A program made the position numbers and the translations under genes. Shown one piece after another: positions 7,295 to 16,849 of a DNA stretch of 43,389 nucleotides; position 1 is the first letter of the stretch, and the number at the start of each line of letters is the position of its first letter. Source of the DNA: Candidatus Micrarchaeia archaeon (GTDB lineage: Archaea; Micrarchaeota; Micrarchaeia; Anstonellales; J096); the NCBI GenBank assembly GCA_041500865.1, contig JBGQMY010000008.1:1-43389 (forward strand), read 5' to 3'. Below the pieces are notes generated by a model. That model had not been told where the DNA came from, did no database searches, and saw only the letters and a list, made by a program, of their open reading frames with translations.

Positions 7295-8506
7295 TTATGC
7301 CGCAGCCTTCATCCGCGCATAGCATATCCTTCTCATTGTCTTCAGAAGGGGCGGCTCCGGGGAGCCTGGCGGCGCCCTTGAAATCCTCAGCCGGTTGGTG
7401 CCCGGCACATAGGGGCTCTCTGATGAATTTTTCAAGAATACTGTAAGCATGTCTTTGTCCGGCATGAAGCCTTCCTCTGCAAGCTTCCGCCCAACGTCAA
7501 GCCCTGCAAGATAGCGTTTTGCCGAGTATCCTGCAAGAACGGGCTTTGCCAGTATTTTTTCAATCACTTCCTTCTTGGACAGCCCGGCAAGCCGCCCCAG
7601 CCGTGTGCGTTCCCTGATGACGCGGGAATGGTCAAGGCTGGCAAATTGGGGTGACGCGAGGATTGCATGCTTCACTGCCTGTTCGTCGCCGTAGACTGCA
7701 GTCGCTTCCCTGACAACACGGGCATGGTCGTAGTTGGTGAATGAGGGGCACTTCAGGATTATTGACTTTATAGTGCCCTCATTGCCGTAGACTTTGGCCG
7801 CTTCCCTGACAACACGGGCATGGTCAAGGCCTGCGAATTGGGGATGCCTGAGGATTGCCTGCTTCACTGCCTGTTTGTCTCCGTAGACTGCAGCCGCTTC
7901 CCTGACAACGCGGGCATGGTCAAGGCTGGCGAATTTGGGCCATTTCAGGATTATTGACGTTACCTTGTCTTTGTCTCCGTATATTTCGGCAGCTTTCCTG
8001 ATGGCGCGCGCATGGTTTAGGTTGACGAATTGGGGAAACTTGAGTATTGCCTGCTTAACTGCCTGTTCATTTCCGTAGACTGCAGTCGCTTCCCTGATTA
8101 CGCGGGCATGGTCAAGACCTGCGAACTGCGGATTCTTGAGTATTGCCTGCTTAACTGCCTGTTTGTCTCCGTAGACTTTAACTGCGCCCATTACAACGCG
8201 GGCGTGGTTCAGTCCTGCGAATTTTGGCCATTTCAGGATTATTGACCTTACCTTCTTTCCGTTGCCGTAAACTGCAATTGCTTCCCTGATTACGCGGGAA
8301 TTGTCATAGCCGGCGAATTGGGGATACTTGAGTATTGCTTTCCTGGCTGCGGCCTCGCTACAGCCATAAATGCCTGCGATTTTTGCGATGAGCGCGCGAA
8401 ACTCCTCTTCTGTCTTTGTCTTGTGGTGGAAGCCGTCATGCTGGAGCAGGAATGCCGCCTCCTTTGCATTAAAGCCTACGGCCACTAGCGCCGCTGTGCT
8501 TTGCAT
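7295..8506 (-). CDS. 32-aa tandem-repeat helical protein, mTERF-like
   Basis: About 8 copies of D/N-x-x-A-V-K-Q-A-I-L-K-x-P-Q-F-A-G-L-D-H-A-R-V-V-R-E-A-x-x-V-Y-G. Confidence 0.85.
   Translation of the reverse strand: MQSTAALVAVGFNAKEAAFLLQHDGFHHKTKTEEEFRALIAKIAGIYGCSEAAARKAILKYPQFAGYDNSRVIREAIAVYGNGKKVRSIILKWPKFAGLNHARVVMGAVKVYGDKQAVKQAILKNPQFAGLDHARVIREATAVYGNEQAVKQAILKFPQFVNLNHARAIRKAAEIYGDKDKVTSIILKWPKFASLDHARVVREAAAVYGDKQAVKQAILRHPQFAGLDHARVVREAAKVYGNEGTIKSIILKCPSFTNYDHARVVREATAVYGDEQAVKHAILASPQFASLDHSRVIRERTRLGRLAGLSKKEVIEKILAKPVLAGYSAKRYLAGLDVGRKLAEEGFMPDKDMLTVFLKNSSESPYVPGTNRLRISRAPPGSPEPPLLKTMRRICYARMKAAA
7606..8362 (-). repeat. 96-bp intragenic tandem repeat array (about 8 units)
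   Basis: gcttccctga(c/t)...cgggcatggtc recurs at 96-bp spacing. Boundaries approximate. Confidence 0.9.
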
Positions 8507-8536
8507 ATTTTAATTGTGTATGGAAAGGAATAAAAA
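8504..8536 (-). promoter_or_regulatory. Variant cassette head
   Basis: TTTTTATTCCTTTCCATACACAATTAAAAT-ATG. Same 30-nt length and CACAAT at -12..-7. Confidence 0.6.
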
Positions 8537-8561
8537 TGGGGCATGTTGACGTTTCCGGCAA

Positions 8562-10079
8562 TCAGAACGGTAAATCATCATTCAGATTGCCGACTTTCTT
8601 TGGCTCCCTTATTTCATCAACTTCCTGTTCCGTAAAATTAAACTGCTCTATTGTCAGCTTTGACAGCCCGGAATAGCATGTATTCATGCTCTGTTTGAGG
8701 AGGTGCCTTGCAGCGGCCTTCGGATTGCCGCCCATCCTTAGATACCTATAAAGAAGCCTCCTTGGCCCATAGAAATCATAATTAATCGTATTCATGTTAA
8801 GCAGCTGGACCCGCTCATCGCTGTTGTGCGGGGAGTCCCAGGGGTACGCCTCGGTTATTTCCTTTGGAGAGCCGTCTTCATTTCCGAAGAATGCGACCAT
8901 CTCGCCTGGCCTGTACGGGCTTGACTGAATCAGTTCGGCAAGATGCTGCGAAAGGTATGGGTCATCGCCTTCGGCATCCGGCGGAGATTGGAAATGGCCG
9001 TTCTGGCTGGAAACCCATGCGCCGTAGCTTATCCTTTCCAGCGCGCCTGCAAGGCCGTGCTCATGCGGGCCGACAGGAAGGCCGATATACTCCATTTTCC
9101 TGTTCATCTTCCTTATGTCGGCAAGCGAAAACCTCAATAAATCAACAAACCTATTGTTGAGCGCCTTTTTTGCCATTGTCCTGAACCTCGCAAGGCCCCT
9201 TGCCCTGTATTTTTTTGCGGCTTCCCAGATTACAAGCCTGCCTTCCTGGTATTGCTCCTCAAACGGCATGCCTTTCACGTTTTTGTTTCTGGCAAAGTCC
9301 CATAAACACCATGAGCAAAGCGCCTCAATCTCCTTGAAGCGCCTTGGCTCTGCCAGCACGTCCTGTATCAGCATATAGTCGGAACACGCGTTTTCGAATG
9401 CCTCGCTGTTTGCCATGAACGATATCTCTTCCTGGAAAAGGTGCCTGAATATTGCGTTGTTCGCGTCCTTTTCCTCTTTTGTCATGCGCCTGGGCTCAAA
9501 TGCTTCCGCGCTTGGGTTTGCGCGCGATATAAATGCGTATCCGCCCTTCCTTTCAATGTTGAATATCCTTCTCAGCACAGGGCCTAGGTTGGCTGCAAGG
9601 ATGTCCTTGAACGCCCTTACCCTTTTCTCGTGCTCGTGTTTCTGGATTTGCCTTTGTTTTTTGGACGGCTTGCTTTCAGTCATGAACATGCGGTTGAACA
9701 CGTCGTTTATGTGGTACGAAAACTGGCTGATGAGGCAGTGCTCGTAAAGGAACTCCCTGTCCATCCTTCCGACAAAATGCAGGGCCTTTGCAAGCGCGTA
9801 TGCAGGCATCTTCTGCGGATAAAACCTTATCTCTTTTCCATCTTTTCCATTTGAGATGAACCTCGGCTCGCCTGCCCAATGCCTGTTGTTGTCCATCTCG
9901 TGCTCAAGCATTGACAAGCAGGCCTGGTGCGCCTTCTCGTTGCCAATCTCCCTTGAGATTTCGACGCATTTCTTTAGCTTATCCAGCTTCTCCAGTTTCC
10001 TTATCTGCCATGAGCCGCCGTGCCTTTCGAGCACGCGTTCAGCAAATGAAGGGCGGATGGCCTGGGCTGTTTCTGGCAT
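8562..10079 (-). CDS. Hypothetical protein with a sigma-70 region-2-like segment
   Basis: EEQYQEGRLVIWEAAKKY...RFRTMAKKALNNRFVDLLR matches the region-2 pattern. Start at ATG 10079 (alternative TTG 10109). Confidence 0.6.
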   Translation of the reverse strand: MPETAQAIRPSFAERVLERHGGSWQIRKLEKLDKLKKCVEISREIGNEKAHQACLSMLEHEMDNNRHWAGEPRFISNGKDGKEIRFYPQKMPAYALAKALHFVGRMDREFLYEHCLISQFSYHINDVFNRMFMTESKPSKKQRQIQKHEHEKRVRAFKDILAANLGPVLRRIFNIERKGGYAFISRANPSAEAFEPRRMTKEEKDANNAIFRHLFQEEISFMANSEAFENACSDYMLIQDVLAEPRRFKEIEALCSWCLWDFARNKNVKGMPFEEQYQEGRLVIWEAAKKYRARGLARFRTMAKKALNNRFVDLLRFSLADIRKMNRKMEYIGLPVGPHEHGLAGALERISYGAWVSSQNGHFQSPPDAEGDDPYLSQHLAELIQSSPYRPGEMVAFFGNEDGSPKEITEAYPWDSPHNSDERVQLLNMNTINYDFYGPRRLLYRYLRMGGNPKAAARHLLKQSMNTCYSGLSKLTIEQFNFTEQEVDEIREPKKVGNLNDDLPF

Positions 10080-10121
10080 TTTAATTACACTTTTGGTGAT
10101 TAAAGGCAACAGTTTAAAAGA

Positions 10122-10817
10122 TTAGCCGAACGCATCGGACTTTATCTTTTTCTTGTCCACGCCCCTTGCCACGATTGCGTCGCTGAACGACTTCACCATG
10201 GCGACAGGCCCGCAAAGGTAAAACGAATATTCCGCAAACGATGGCCCAAGGCTTTCCATGACTTTGTTGATGTCAATCCTTCCTGTGCCAAACGGCGCGC
10301 AAGTGTCTCTCGTGAACCTCAAATCTGCCTTGATTATGCCGGCCGAATGGTATGACACCAGCTCAGAAACATACGGCGCGCCCTCCATTCTGCCGCAGAA
10401 ATAATAAAGACGGAAATCGCCCTTTATCCTATTTGCGGCGATGTGCCTAATGATGCCCATCATAGGCGTTATCCCTATCCCGCCCGCTATCATGACAACT
10501 TTTGTCTCGCCTAAATAGCTGTTGGCCCCAAAAGGACCCATCAGCCCTATCTTGTCATTTACATTAAGGGTATCAACATAGGACGTGAATTTCCCGCCGA
10601 TTATCTGGATTGCCAGCTCGATGTACGGCCATTCCGGAGGCGATGCGACTGAATAAGCCCTTGTGAGAGTTTTCTCGTCCAGCTTGAAAAGGTTGACGAA
10701 CTGACCCGGGAGGAACGCAATCGGCTTGCCGTCTTCGGGAAAAAGCCGGAACACCTTTATGTCCCCGGCCCTTTCTATCGACTTTATCACATAGGGCTTT
10801 GAGTCCGACATTGGCAT
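10122..10817 (-). CDS. FAD/NAD(P)-binding ferredoxin-reductase-like oxidoreductase
   Basis: PGQF, RAYSVAS, GPFG, AGGIGITP and YLCGP motifs. Confidence 0.92.
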   Translation of the reverse strand: MPMSDSKPYVIKSIERAGDIKVFRLFPEDGKPIAFLPGQFVNLFKLDEKTLTRAYSVASPPEWPYIELAIQIIGGKFTSYVDTLNVNDKIGLMGPFGANSYLGETKVVMIAGGIGITPMMGIIRHIAANRIKGDFRLYYFCGRMEGAPYVSELVSYHSAGIIKADLRFTRDTCAPFGTGRIDINKVMESLGPSFAEYSFYLCGPVAMVKSFSDAIVARGVDKKKIKSDAFG

Positions 10818-10890
10818 CAGAAGGATATCCTGTTATAGGTTTATAACCCTTCAGCTATCGGCGCAACGCAAAAAAGGCAAAGCTTTTTAT

Positions 10891-10920
10891 ATCCAATCCT
10901 AGATATATCTGATTATGGAT
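10891..10920. promoter_or_regulatory. Imperfect palindrome, candidate PadR operator
   Basis: ATCCA-atcct-AGATATATCT-gatta-TGGAT, lying between the TATA-like TTTTTATA and the padR start. Confidence 0.5.
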
Positions 10921-11268
10921 ATATGCATGCCTAAACACGGGAAGCTCAGCATGGGCCTTGTGCGGAAGGTCATGCGCATGAACCACACCGTCGTCGTGCT
11001 TTGGATAATCGGCAGGCACAGCGCCCACGGCTATGCCATAATGAAGGACCTGAATGCCATGGGCATGGGATACATGAAGGCGTCAAGGATATACCCCCTG
11101 CTGTCCTCAATGGCAAAGGAGAGGCTCATATCAAGGAGCAAGAAGGGTAGGAAGGTCTGCTACACACTGACGTCAAAGGGCGGAAAGTACCTGAGCACGG
11201 CGAAGGGGTTCATGAGCCACGGCATGCGCGGGCAGTTCATGAGGGAGATGGCAGGATGCAACCAGTAA
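10915..11268 (+). CDS. PadR-family transcriptional regulator
   Basis: HGYAIMKDL...IYPLL..M...LI...RKVCYTLTSKG winged helix. Confidence 0.88.
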   Translation: MDICMPKHGKLSMGLVRKVMRMNHTVVVLWIIGRHSAHGYAIMKDLNAMGMGYMKASRIYPLLSSMAKERLISRSKKGRKVCYTLTSKGGKYLSTAKGFMSHGMRGQFMREMAGCNQ

Positions 11269-12017
11269 CCAAGCCGATGGCGCAAGCGCGGAAAAACGCG
11301 CGCGTAATCTATGATGAGAACGGCCCAGCGCACAGGCATACGATGAAGCTAGAAAAGGTCAACAAGATATACAACAGCAGCGTGGTAAAGGCCCACGTGC
11401 TGAAGGACATTGACCTGGAGGTGCATCCAGGCGAGCTTTTGACGATATTGGGGCCGAGCGGCAGCGGAAAAAGCACCCTGCTCCACATGATGGGCCTGCT
11501 GGACACGCCCACAACAGGAAAAATATTCCTCAACGACAAGGACGTGTCAAAGCTTACTGAAGACGAGGCTGCCATCGAAAGGGGGGAGGACATAGGCTTC
11601 GTTTTCCAGGCGTTCAACCTGATACCGTCATTGAACGCGCTGGAGAACGTAATGCTGCCCATGCTGATTTACGACAGGGACGAGGACGAGGCAAGGGAAA
11701 AGGCCAAAGAGACACTTGAAAGGCTCGGCCTCGGGGACAAGCTCATGAACAGGCCCAACCAGCTGAGCGGGGGCCAGCAGCAAAGGGTCTCGATAGCAAG
11801 GGCGCTCATCATGGAGCCGTCGTTCCTGCTGGCTGACGAGCCTACCGGAAACCTTGACTCAAAAAGCGGAGAGGACGTCATAAGGATATTCCAGGAGCTG
11901 AACGACGAAGGCAAAACGATAGTGATAGTGACGCATGATTCGGACTTGACGGCGCATGCCGACCGAATCATATATATAAGGGACGGAAGGATTGAAAAGG
12001 AGGTTGAAAAGAAATGA
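11256..12017 (+). CDS. ABC transporter ATP-binding protein (MacB/LolD type)
   Basis: GPSGSGKS, LSGGQQQR, LLADEPTGNLD, VTHD. Exact start uncertain. Confidence 0.95.
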   Translation: MQPVTKPMAQARKNARVIYDENGPAHRHTMKLEKVNKIYNSSVVKAHVLKDIDLEVHPGELLTILGPSGSGKSTLLHMMGLLDTPTTGKIFLNDKDVSKLTEDEAAIERGEDIGFVFQAFNLIPSLNALENVMLPMLIYDRDEDEAREKAKETLERLGLGDKLMNRPNQLSGGQQQRVSIARALIMEPSFLLADEPTGNLDSKSGEDVIRIFQELNDEGKTIVIVTHDSDLTAHADRIIYIRDGRIEKEVEKK

Positions 12018-13483
12018 AAAACAGGGTTTTGGTTGCGATGGCGGTATTTGCCATATTGGCTACGGCATCATCTGCGATAACGATAACGTCATGGACTACG
12101 GACAAGGCCAGCTACGAGCCAGGGGACTCGGGATACATAACGCTGAATGTCCTGATGGACGCATCCGGGCTTGCTTCCGACGAAACGCTGGTCGGGTTCA
12201 AGGCTGTGACCGTCACCTCGACGTCGTCGTTCATAAATTCCAACTATTACCAAAGCTTCGGCGACATGACAAAGGGGACTATCCTGATAACTGTGCCAGT
12301 CAAGATAGGCGGCAATACGCCTGAAGGCATATACACCGTTTCCGCCGGCATATCTGGCATTGCCCAGGTGCAGAAAGGCGGGGCGACCACCGACAAGATA
12401 GACAACGGCATCGCGGTCGCAACCATGAAAGTCATTTCAAAGCCAGTCATAACGCTCGAGGCGAGCCAGAAGAACATAGGCAAGAAGGGCACCATAGGGC
12501 TGACGCTTTGCGCGAAGAAGGGGGCGCCCAGGAACATACAGCTCTCGTCCTCGCTCTACCTTGAAGGCGGCAAAATATTCCTGGATGGGTTGGACAACTG
12601 CACAACCGTAAACGCGAGCTATGACGCATCCGGCCTCAGCGAGGGCACGAGCAACATAGCGTTCAACCTCAGCTATGCGGACACGCTGGGCGGAACCTAT
12701 TCGGAGACTCTCCAGATACCGATGACAATCTCAAAGGAGGCGAGCAGGTTCATCATAAGCCAAAACGGCGTGATAACGCACAGGAAGGACAGCGCGATGA
12801 GCTTCATCATAGAGAACAAGGGCGAGTTCGCCGAGGACCTCAGGATATCCCCCGACGCAAGCATAACGCTGACAAAGAGCAGCGAAATAGAGGCAGGAAA
12901 CCTGACCAGGGGCCAGAAGGAGGCATTCTCCGAGACCGTTTACACGTCCCTTGAGCCTGGCGTCAACGTGGTAAACTTCACGGTGCATTGGAAGGAGAAC
13001 GGCCAGGACAAGAGCGACGAAATAAGCGTGCCGATAACGGTTGAATCCGAGGACTCCATGGACATCTACATGGAGGCCAACCCGAGCCCGCTCGTTGCAG
13101 GCCAGGAGCACACCATATCCGTGATAGTGGCCAACAAGGCCAGCTACAGCATGGACGGCGTCTCAGTAAGCATTGAATCCAACAGCTTCGACGTTTTGGA
13201 CGTTGAGAAAAGGAAGTTCATAGGCTCCATAAACAACGACGACTTCAGCAGCCAGCAGTTCAAGGTCAGGATGGCAGGCAGCCCTCCGGCCGACAGCTCC
13301 GTGAACATAACGGTCATCTTCAAGGACCCGTCAGGGATAGAGCACACAAAAACGGCCGAGGTGCCCATAAACGTAAAGGCGGCGGAGAGCACGGGCGACG
13401 GCGGCATGCTGGCCGTAGTCGGCATAATAGTGGTCGCGGCTGCGGCATACCTCGTGTTCAGGAAGAAGGAAGCTAAAAAATGA
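12014..13483 (+). CDS. COG1361-like S-layer domain protein
   Basis: Signal peptide, beta-rich Ig-like segments, C-terminal TM anchor with basic tail. Typical position within archaeal MacB operons. Confidence 0.75.
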   Translation: MKNRVLVAMAVFAILATASSAITITSWTTDKASYEPGDSGYITLNVLMDASGLASDETLVGFKAVTVTSTSSFINSNYYQSFGDMTKGTILITVPVKIGGNTPEGIYTVSAGISGIAQVQKGGATTDKIDNGIAVATMKVISKPVITLEASQKNIGKKGTIGLTLCAKKGAPRNIQLSSSLYLEGGKIFLDGLDNCTTVNASYDASGLSEGTSNIAFNLSYADTLGGTYSETLQIPMTISKEASRFIISQNGVITHRKDSAMSFIIENKGEFAEDLRISPDASITLTKSSEIEAGNLTRGQKEAFSETVYTSLEPGVNVVNFTVHWKENGQDKSDEISVPITVESEDSMDIYMEANPSPLVAGQEHTISVIVANKASYSMDGVSVSIESNSFDVLDVEKRKFIGSINNDDFSSQQFKVRMAGSPPADSSVNITVIFKDPSGIEHTKTAEVPINVKAAESTGDGGMLAVVGIIVVAAAAYLVFRKKEAKK

Positions 13484-14688
13484 AGGCGCAGTCTATAGCT
13501 GGCTTTGCAGTCAAGTCGATGGGCTACTCCAACGTAAGGACGCTGCTCACGCTTACAGCGATAATAATCGGCGTGTTCAGCGTTGCGCTGCTCACAGGCA
13601 TCTCAAAAGGCACGGAAGAGCAGGTCACATCACGCCTGAAATCCCTTGGGACTGACGTCATAACCATAATACCGCTAAACTTGGTCCAGAGCGGCACCTA
13701 CTCGGCGAGCATGGCCCAATACAGGGCAATCACAGATAAGTTTGTGGAAAGCGACGTCAAGAAAATACTGATGGTTGAAGGCGTCAAAAAGGCGATACCT
13801 ACGCTGTCCAGCAGCTCCCTGGTTGAATACGGCGACAAGAGCTTCAGGCTCAGCGTATACGCCGCGCCCATTGACGCCGACCAAGTGATAAACGGAGTGA
13901 CAATCGAAAAAGGAAGGTGGCTGAGCGGCAGGTATGACGCCGTGCTCGGCGGCTCCATAGAGAACATAACCGGCGTGAAAATGGATATTGGAAAGAAAAT
14001 GTCAATAAACAACGTAACGTTCACGATAGTCGGCATAATGAACGTGACGGGGGCCAGCCAGGCGAACCTTGACAACACCATATACATCCCGTATGACACA
14101 GGAAGGGAGATGTTCAGGGACACGTACGGCACTGACGAGATAAGCGCCATTGTCGTAAAAGTCAGCCCTGGCTATGACTCAAACGCCGTTGGCGCGGATA
14201 TTGAACGGACGCTTATGTTCTACAAAAAAATAACTGACCCTAAGAAGGAGTGGTTCACGGTGGTCACCCCGGCCTTCATAGACTCCCAGGTTTCAAATGT
14301 GACAGGCACGCTGAACCTCTTCTTCATAGCGGTTGCCTCGATATCGATAATAATAGGGCTTGTCGGGGTCGGCAACACGATGTACATGAATGTCATGGAC
14401 CGAACCAGGGAGATAGCGGTCATGAAGTCCATAGGCGCAAAGAGGGCCGAAATTCTTATGATATACCTGCTTGAGGGGGCCGCGCTTGGCGCAGCAGGCG
14501 CCGTGGGCGGCGCACTGGCCGGTATTGCCATAGGCACGCTGGTGAGCGGGATAGTGCCGTTCAGCCCGGATGCCATGCAGACAGGGGCTGCCATAATATT
14601 CATAACGATGGGCTCAGGGGCGGCATCCTACATCCCTGCAAGGATAGCTTCGGGCGTAAACGCCGCAGACGCGCTGAGGTATGAGTAG
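13480..14688 (+). CDS. ABC permease, MacB/FtsX family
   Basis: RTLLTLTAIIIGV, DRTREIAVMKSIGA, PARIAS...ALRYE. Confidence 0.93.
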   Translation: MKAQSIAGFAVKSMGYSNVRTLLTLTAIIIGVFSVALLTGISKGTEEQVTSRLKSLGTDVITIIPLNLVQSGTYSASMAQYRAITDKFVESDVKKILMVEGVKKAIPTLSSSSLVEYGDKSFRLSVYAAPIDADQVINGVTIEKGRWLSGRYDAVLGGSIENITGVKMDIGKKMSINNVTFTIVGIMNVTGASQANLDNTIYIPYDTGREMFRDTYGTDEISAIVVKVSPGYDSNAVGADIERTLMFYKKITDPKKEWFTVVTPAFIDSQVSNVTGTLNLFFIAVASISIIIGLVGVGNTMYMNVMDRTREIAVMKSIGAKRAEILMIYLLEGAALGAAGAVGGALAGIAIGTLVSGIVPFSPDAMQTGAAIIFITMGSGAASYIPARIASGVNAADALRYE

Positions 14689-15891
14689 ATGAGGGCAAAG
14701 CAGGTCGCCTCGTTCGCATTCGAGTCGCTGAAAAGGGACAGCGTCAGGAGCGCGCTGACGCTTGTCGGCATATTCCTGGGCCTTTTCACAGCAGTCATCA
14801 TACTTGGCGTTGGCAAGGGCATAATACTGGAGGTCCAGGACCTTGTGAGCCAGTTCGGAACAGACAAAATCATCGTGATCCCGATCAACATAAACAAGGT
14901 GATGGCAGGCGGCAGCAGCGGGTTCAGCCTTGTGGCCGAGTTCAGCGCAAGCGACATAACTTCGCTGAGGAGCATCAGCTGCGTAAGCCGGCTGGGCGAG
15001 GCGATATTCAAGAACGCGAACGTGGAATACAGGAACAAGACCATCAGCACGCTTGTGCTCGGCATAACGACGGAATACTTTGACATGTATCCCAACTACC
15101 TGGTTGTTGAGAAGGGGAGGCTGTTCAAGGACACTGAATCCTCTTCCGTTGTAATTGGATACACGATAGCGCACAGCATGTTCGGGGAGGACGTGACGCC
15201 GGGCAAGAAGATAATGATAGGGAACAGGACGTTCACCGTAGTCGGCGTGATGAGGAAGGTGGGAACGTCGTTCAGCCAGCAGGACGACGAGCAGATATAC
15301 GTCCCGCTGAAGGAGGCGGAAAACATCCTTAACATGCAGGGGAAAAGGGACGAGGCCGAGATACAGGTGGCGCCAGGATGCGACATCAACGCAGTGAAGT
15401 CAAATATCGAGTCCCTGCTTGCAAGGAGGCGCGGCACAAGCGTGGAGAACGCAGACTTCAGCGTTGTCACAACGCAGTTCATAATAGACAAGGTCAACGA
15501 CTCGCTAAATGTGCTGTATATAGGCGCCACTGCGGTGGGCCTCATAGCCAGCCTCGTCAGCGCCGTAGGGATAGCGAACACCATGTTCACGTCCGTGTTC
15601 AGGAGGAAAAAGGAGATAGGCATCATGAAGGCCCTTGGGGCGAAAAGAAGCGACATAATAAACATATTCCTTTTTGAGTCCGTGATGCTGTCGCTGATAG
15701 GCGCGGCGCTGGGCGCGGCATTCGGAATACTTGTTGGGATAGCGATAAAGGAATTATACGGCATACCGTTTGCGGTTGATTACATGGTCGCGGCAGTCGC
15801 AGTCATAGTGGGCGTGGCAATCGGCGTCATTGCCGGCATACTGCCCGCAAGGAGCGCTGCTTCCATAGATGCGATAGAGGCCATGCGCTGA
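14689..15891 (+). CDS. ABC permease, MacB/FtsX family
   Basis: RSALTLVGIFLG, RRKKEIGIMKALGA, PARSAASID. Confidence 0.93.
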   Translation: MRAKQVASFAFESLKRDSVRSALTLVGIFLGLFTAVIILGVGKGIILEVQDLVSQFGTDKIIVIPININKVMAGGSSGFSLVAEFSASDITSLRSISCVSRLGEAIFKNANVEYRNKTISTLVLGITTEYFDMYPNYLVVEKGRLFKDTESSSVVIGYTIAHSMFGEDVTPGKKIMIGNRTFTVVGVMRKVGTSFSQQDDEQIYVPLKEAENILNMQGKRDEAEIQVAPGCDINAVKSNIESLLARRRGTSVENADFSVVTTQFIIDKVNDSLNVLYIGATAVGLIASLVSAVGIANTMFTSVFRRKKEIGIMKALGAKRSDIINIFLFESVMLSLIGAALGAAFGILVGIAIKELYGIPFAVDYMVAAVAVIVGVAIGVIAGILPARSAASIDAIEAMR

Positions 15892-16392
15892 CTACCACGG
15901 CACCCTCTTGATACCGAGCCTGTTCGCGATGACGTTGAAAAGCACGTGGAACACGTACGTAAGCAGCAGTATTGCCGCTAGGAGCCCTATCGTGTAATAG
16001 CCGCCCAAAACAGGATAGCCAAAGGCAAGCGCCACTATTATGAAAAGCACCTGGTCCAGGAAGAACTGCCTTCCCTCCTCTATGCCGGACCTCCTTTTTA
16101 TGAAGCTGCCCAACAAGTCGCCAACCATCGTCCCAAGGGAGGAAAGGAATCCGAAAAGCATGTACGGAGCCCTCATGTAGTCCGGAAGCGCCATCGCTAT
16201 CACAAAGGCAACGAGGGTGCCGAATATTATCCCGGAAATGAAACCCCTTATCGTCTTGTTTTTCCCGAACACCTTGCCCCTGATGAACCCGTCGAAGGTC
16301 TTTCCGCCGCCCAATATGACCGGGACCGCGTTGGCCACATATGCCGGAAGCACCAGCATAAGGAAAAGCGTAACGATGTCAAAGGCCTGCAT
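15892..16392 (-). CDS. carS: CDP-archaeol synthase
   Basis: PAYVANAVPV, FGKNKTIRG, GDLLGSFIKRR, LDQ, and C-terminal KRVPW. Confidence 0.92.
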   Translation of the reverse strand: MQAFDIVTLFLMLVLPAYVANAVPVILGGGKTFDGFIRGKVFGKNKTIRGFISGIIFGTLVAFVIAMALPDYMRAPYMLFGFLSSLGTMVGDLLGSFIKRRSGIEEGRQFFLDQVLFIIVALAFGYPVLGGYYTIGLLAAILLLTYVFHVLFNVIANRLGIKRVPW

Positions 16393-16510
16393 GCGCGGAT
16401 ATGGGCAGCAATGGTTTATAAGAATTTGGGAAGGTCAAAGCACGCCAAGCACGGAATCAACTTTTTCCATTGCCTTTGCTATTGCCTTGGCGCCCCTCTG
16501 CGGGCTATGC

Positions 16511-16849
16511 CTAAGTGCTGCCCAGGAAGTTCAATAATCCTCTTGACTTGAGGAAATTTGACTCTGTTTCCCTGTATCTCCAGGCTATGTCCGCCTTGGT
16601 GTCCTTTTCCGTCACCCAAAGGCGGATTATCACGTAATCGCCTTCCTTGACCCATATCCTGTTCTTTATCTTGCCAGGTATGCGGCACACCCTTTCCTTG
16701 CCGTCCTCGCAGACAACAAGCATCCTTGCCCCGCCGAGCGTTGAGACGACGAGGCCAAACATCTCCTCTTCCTCCCTTTTCGGCATCCTCACCCTGAATA
16801 TGGTGCTCTTCATCTCTGCCGCTTTTTTCTCTCTTTCCTTGCGTCCCAT
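16511..16849 (-). CDS. eif1a: Translation initiation factor aIF-1A
   Basis: LGGARM.V.CEDGKERVCRIPGKIKNRIWVKEGD...ADIAWRY. ATG overlaps the upstream stop (TAATG) and has a GGTGA SD. Confidence 0.93.
   Translation of the reverse strand: MGRKEREKKAAEMKSTIFRVRMPKREEEEMFGLVVSTLGGARMLVVCEDGKERVCRIPGKIKNRIWVKEGDYVIIRLWVTEKDTKADIAWRYRETESNFLKSRGLLNFLGST

Noticed and set aside
7295..8506. Bona fide TALE effector
   Set aside because: The unit is 32 aa and lacks the LTPxQVVAIAS-xx-GG consensus; only a loose resemblance. Reported as mTERF/TALE-like instead.
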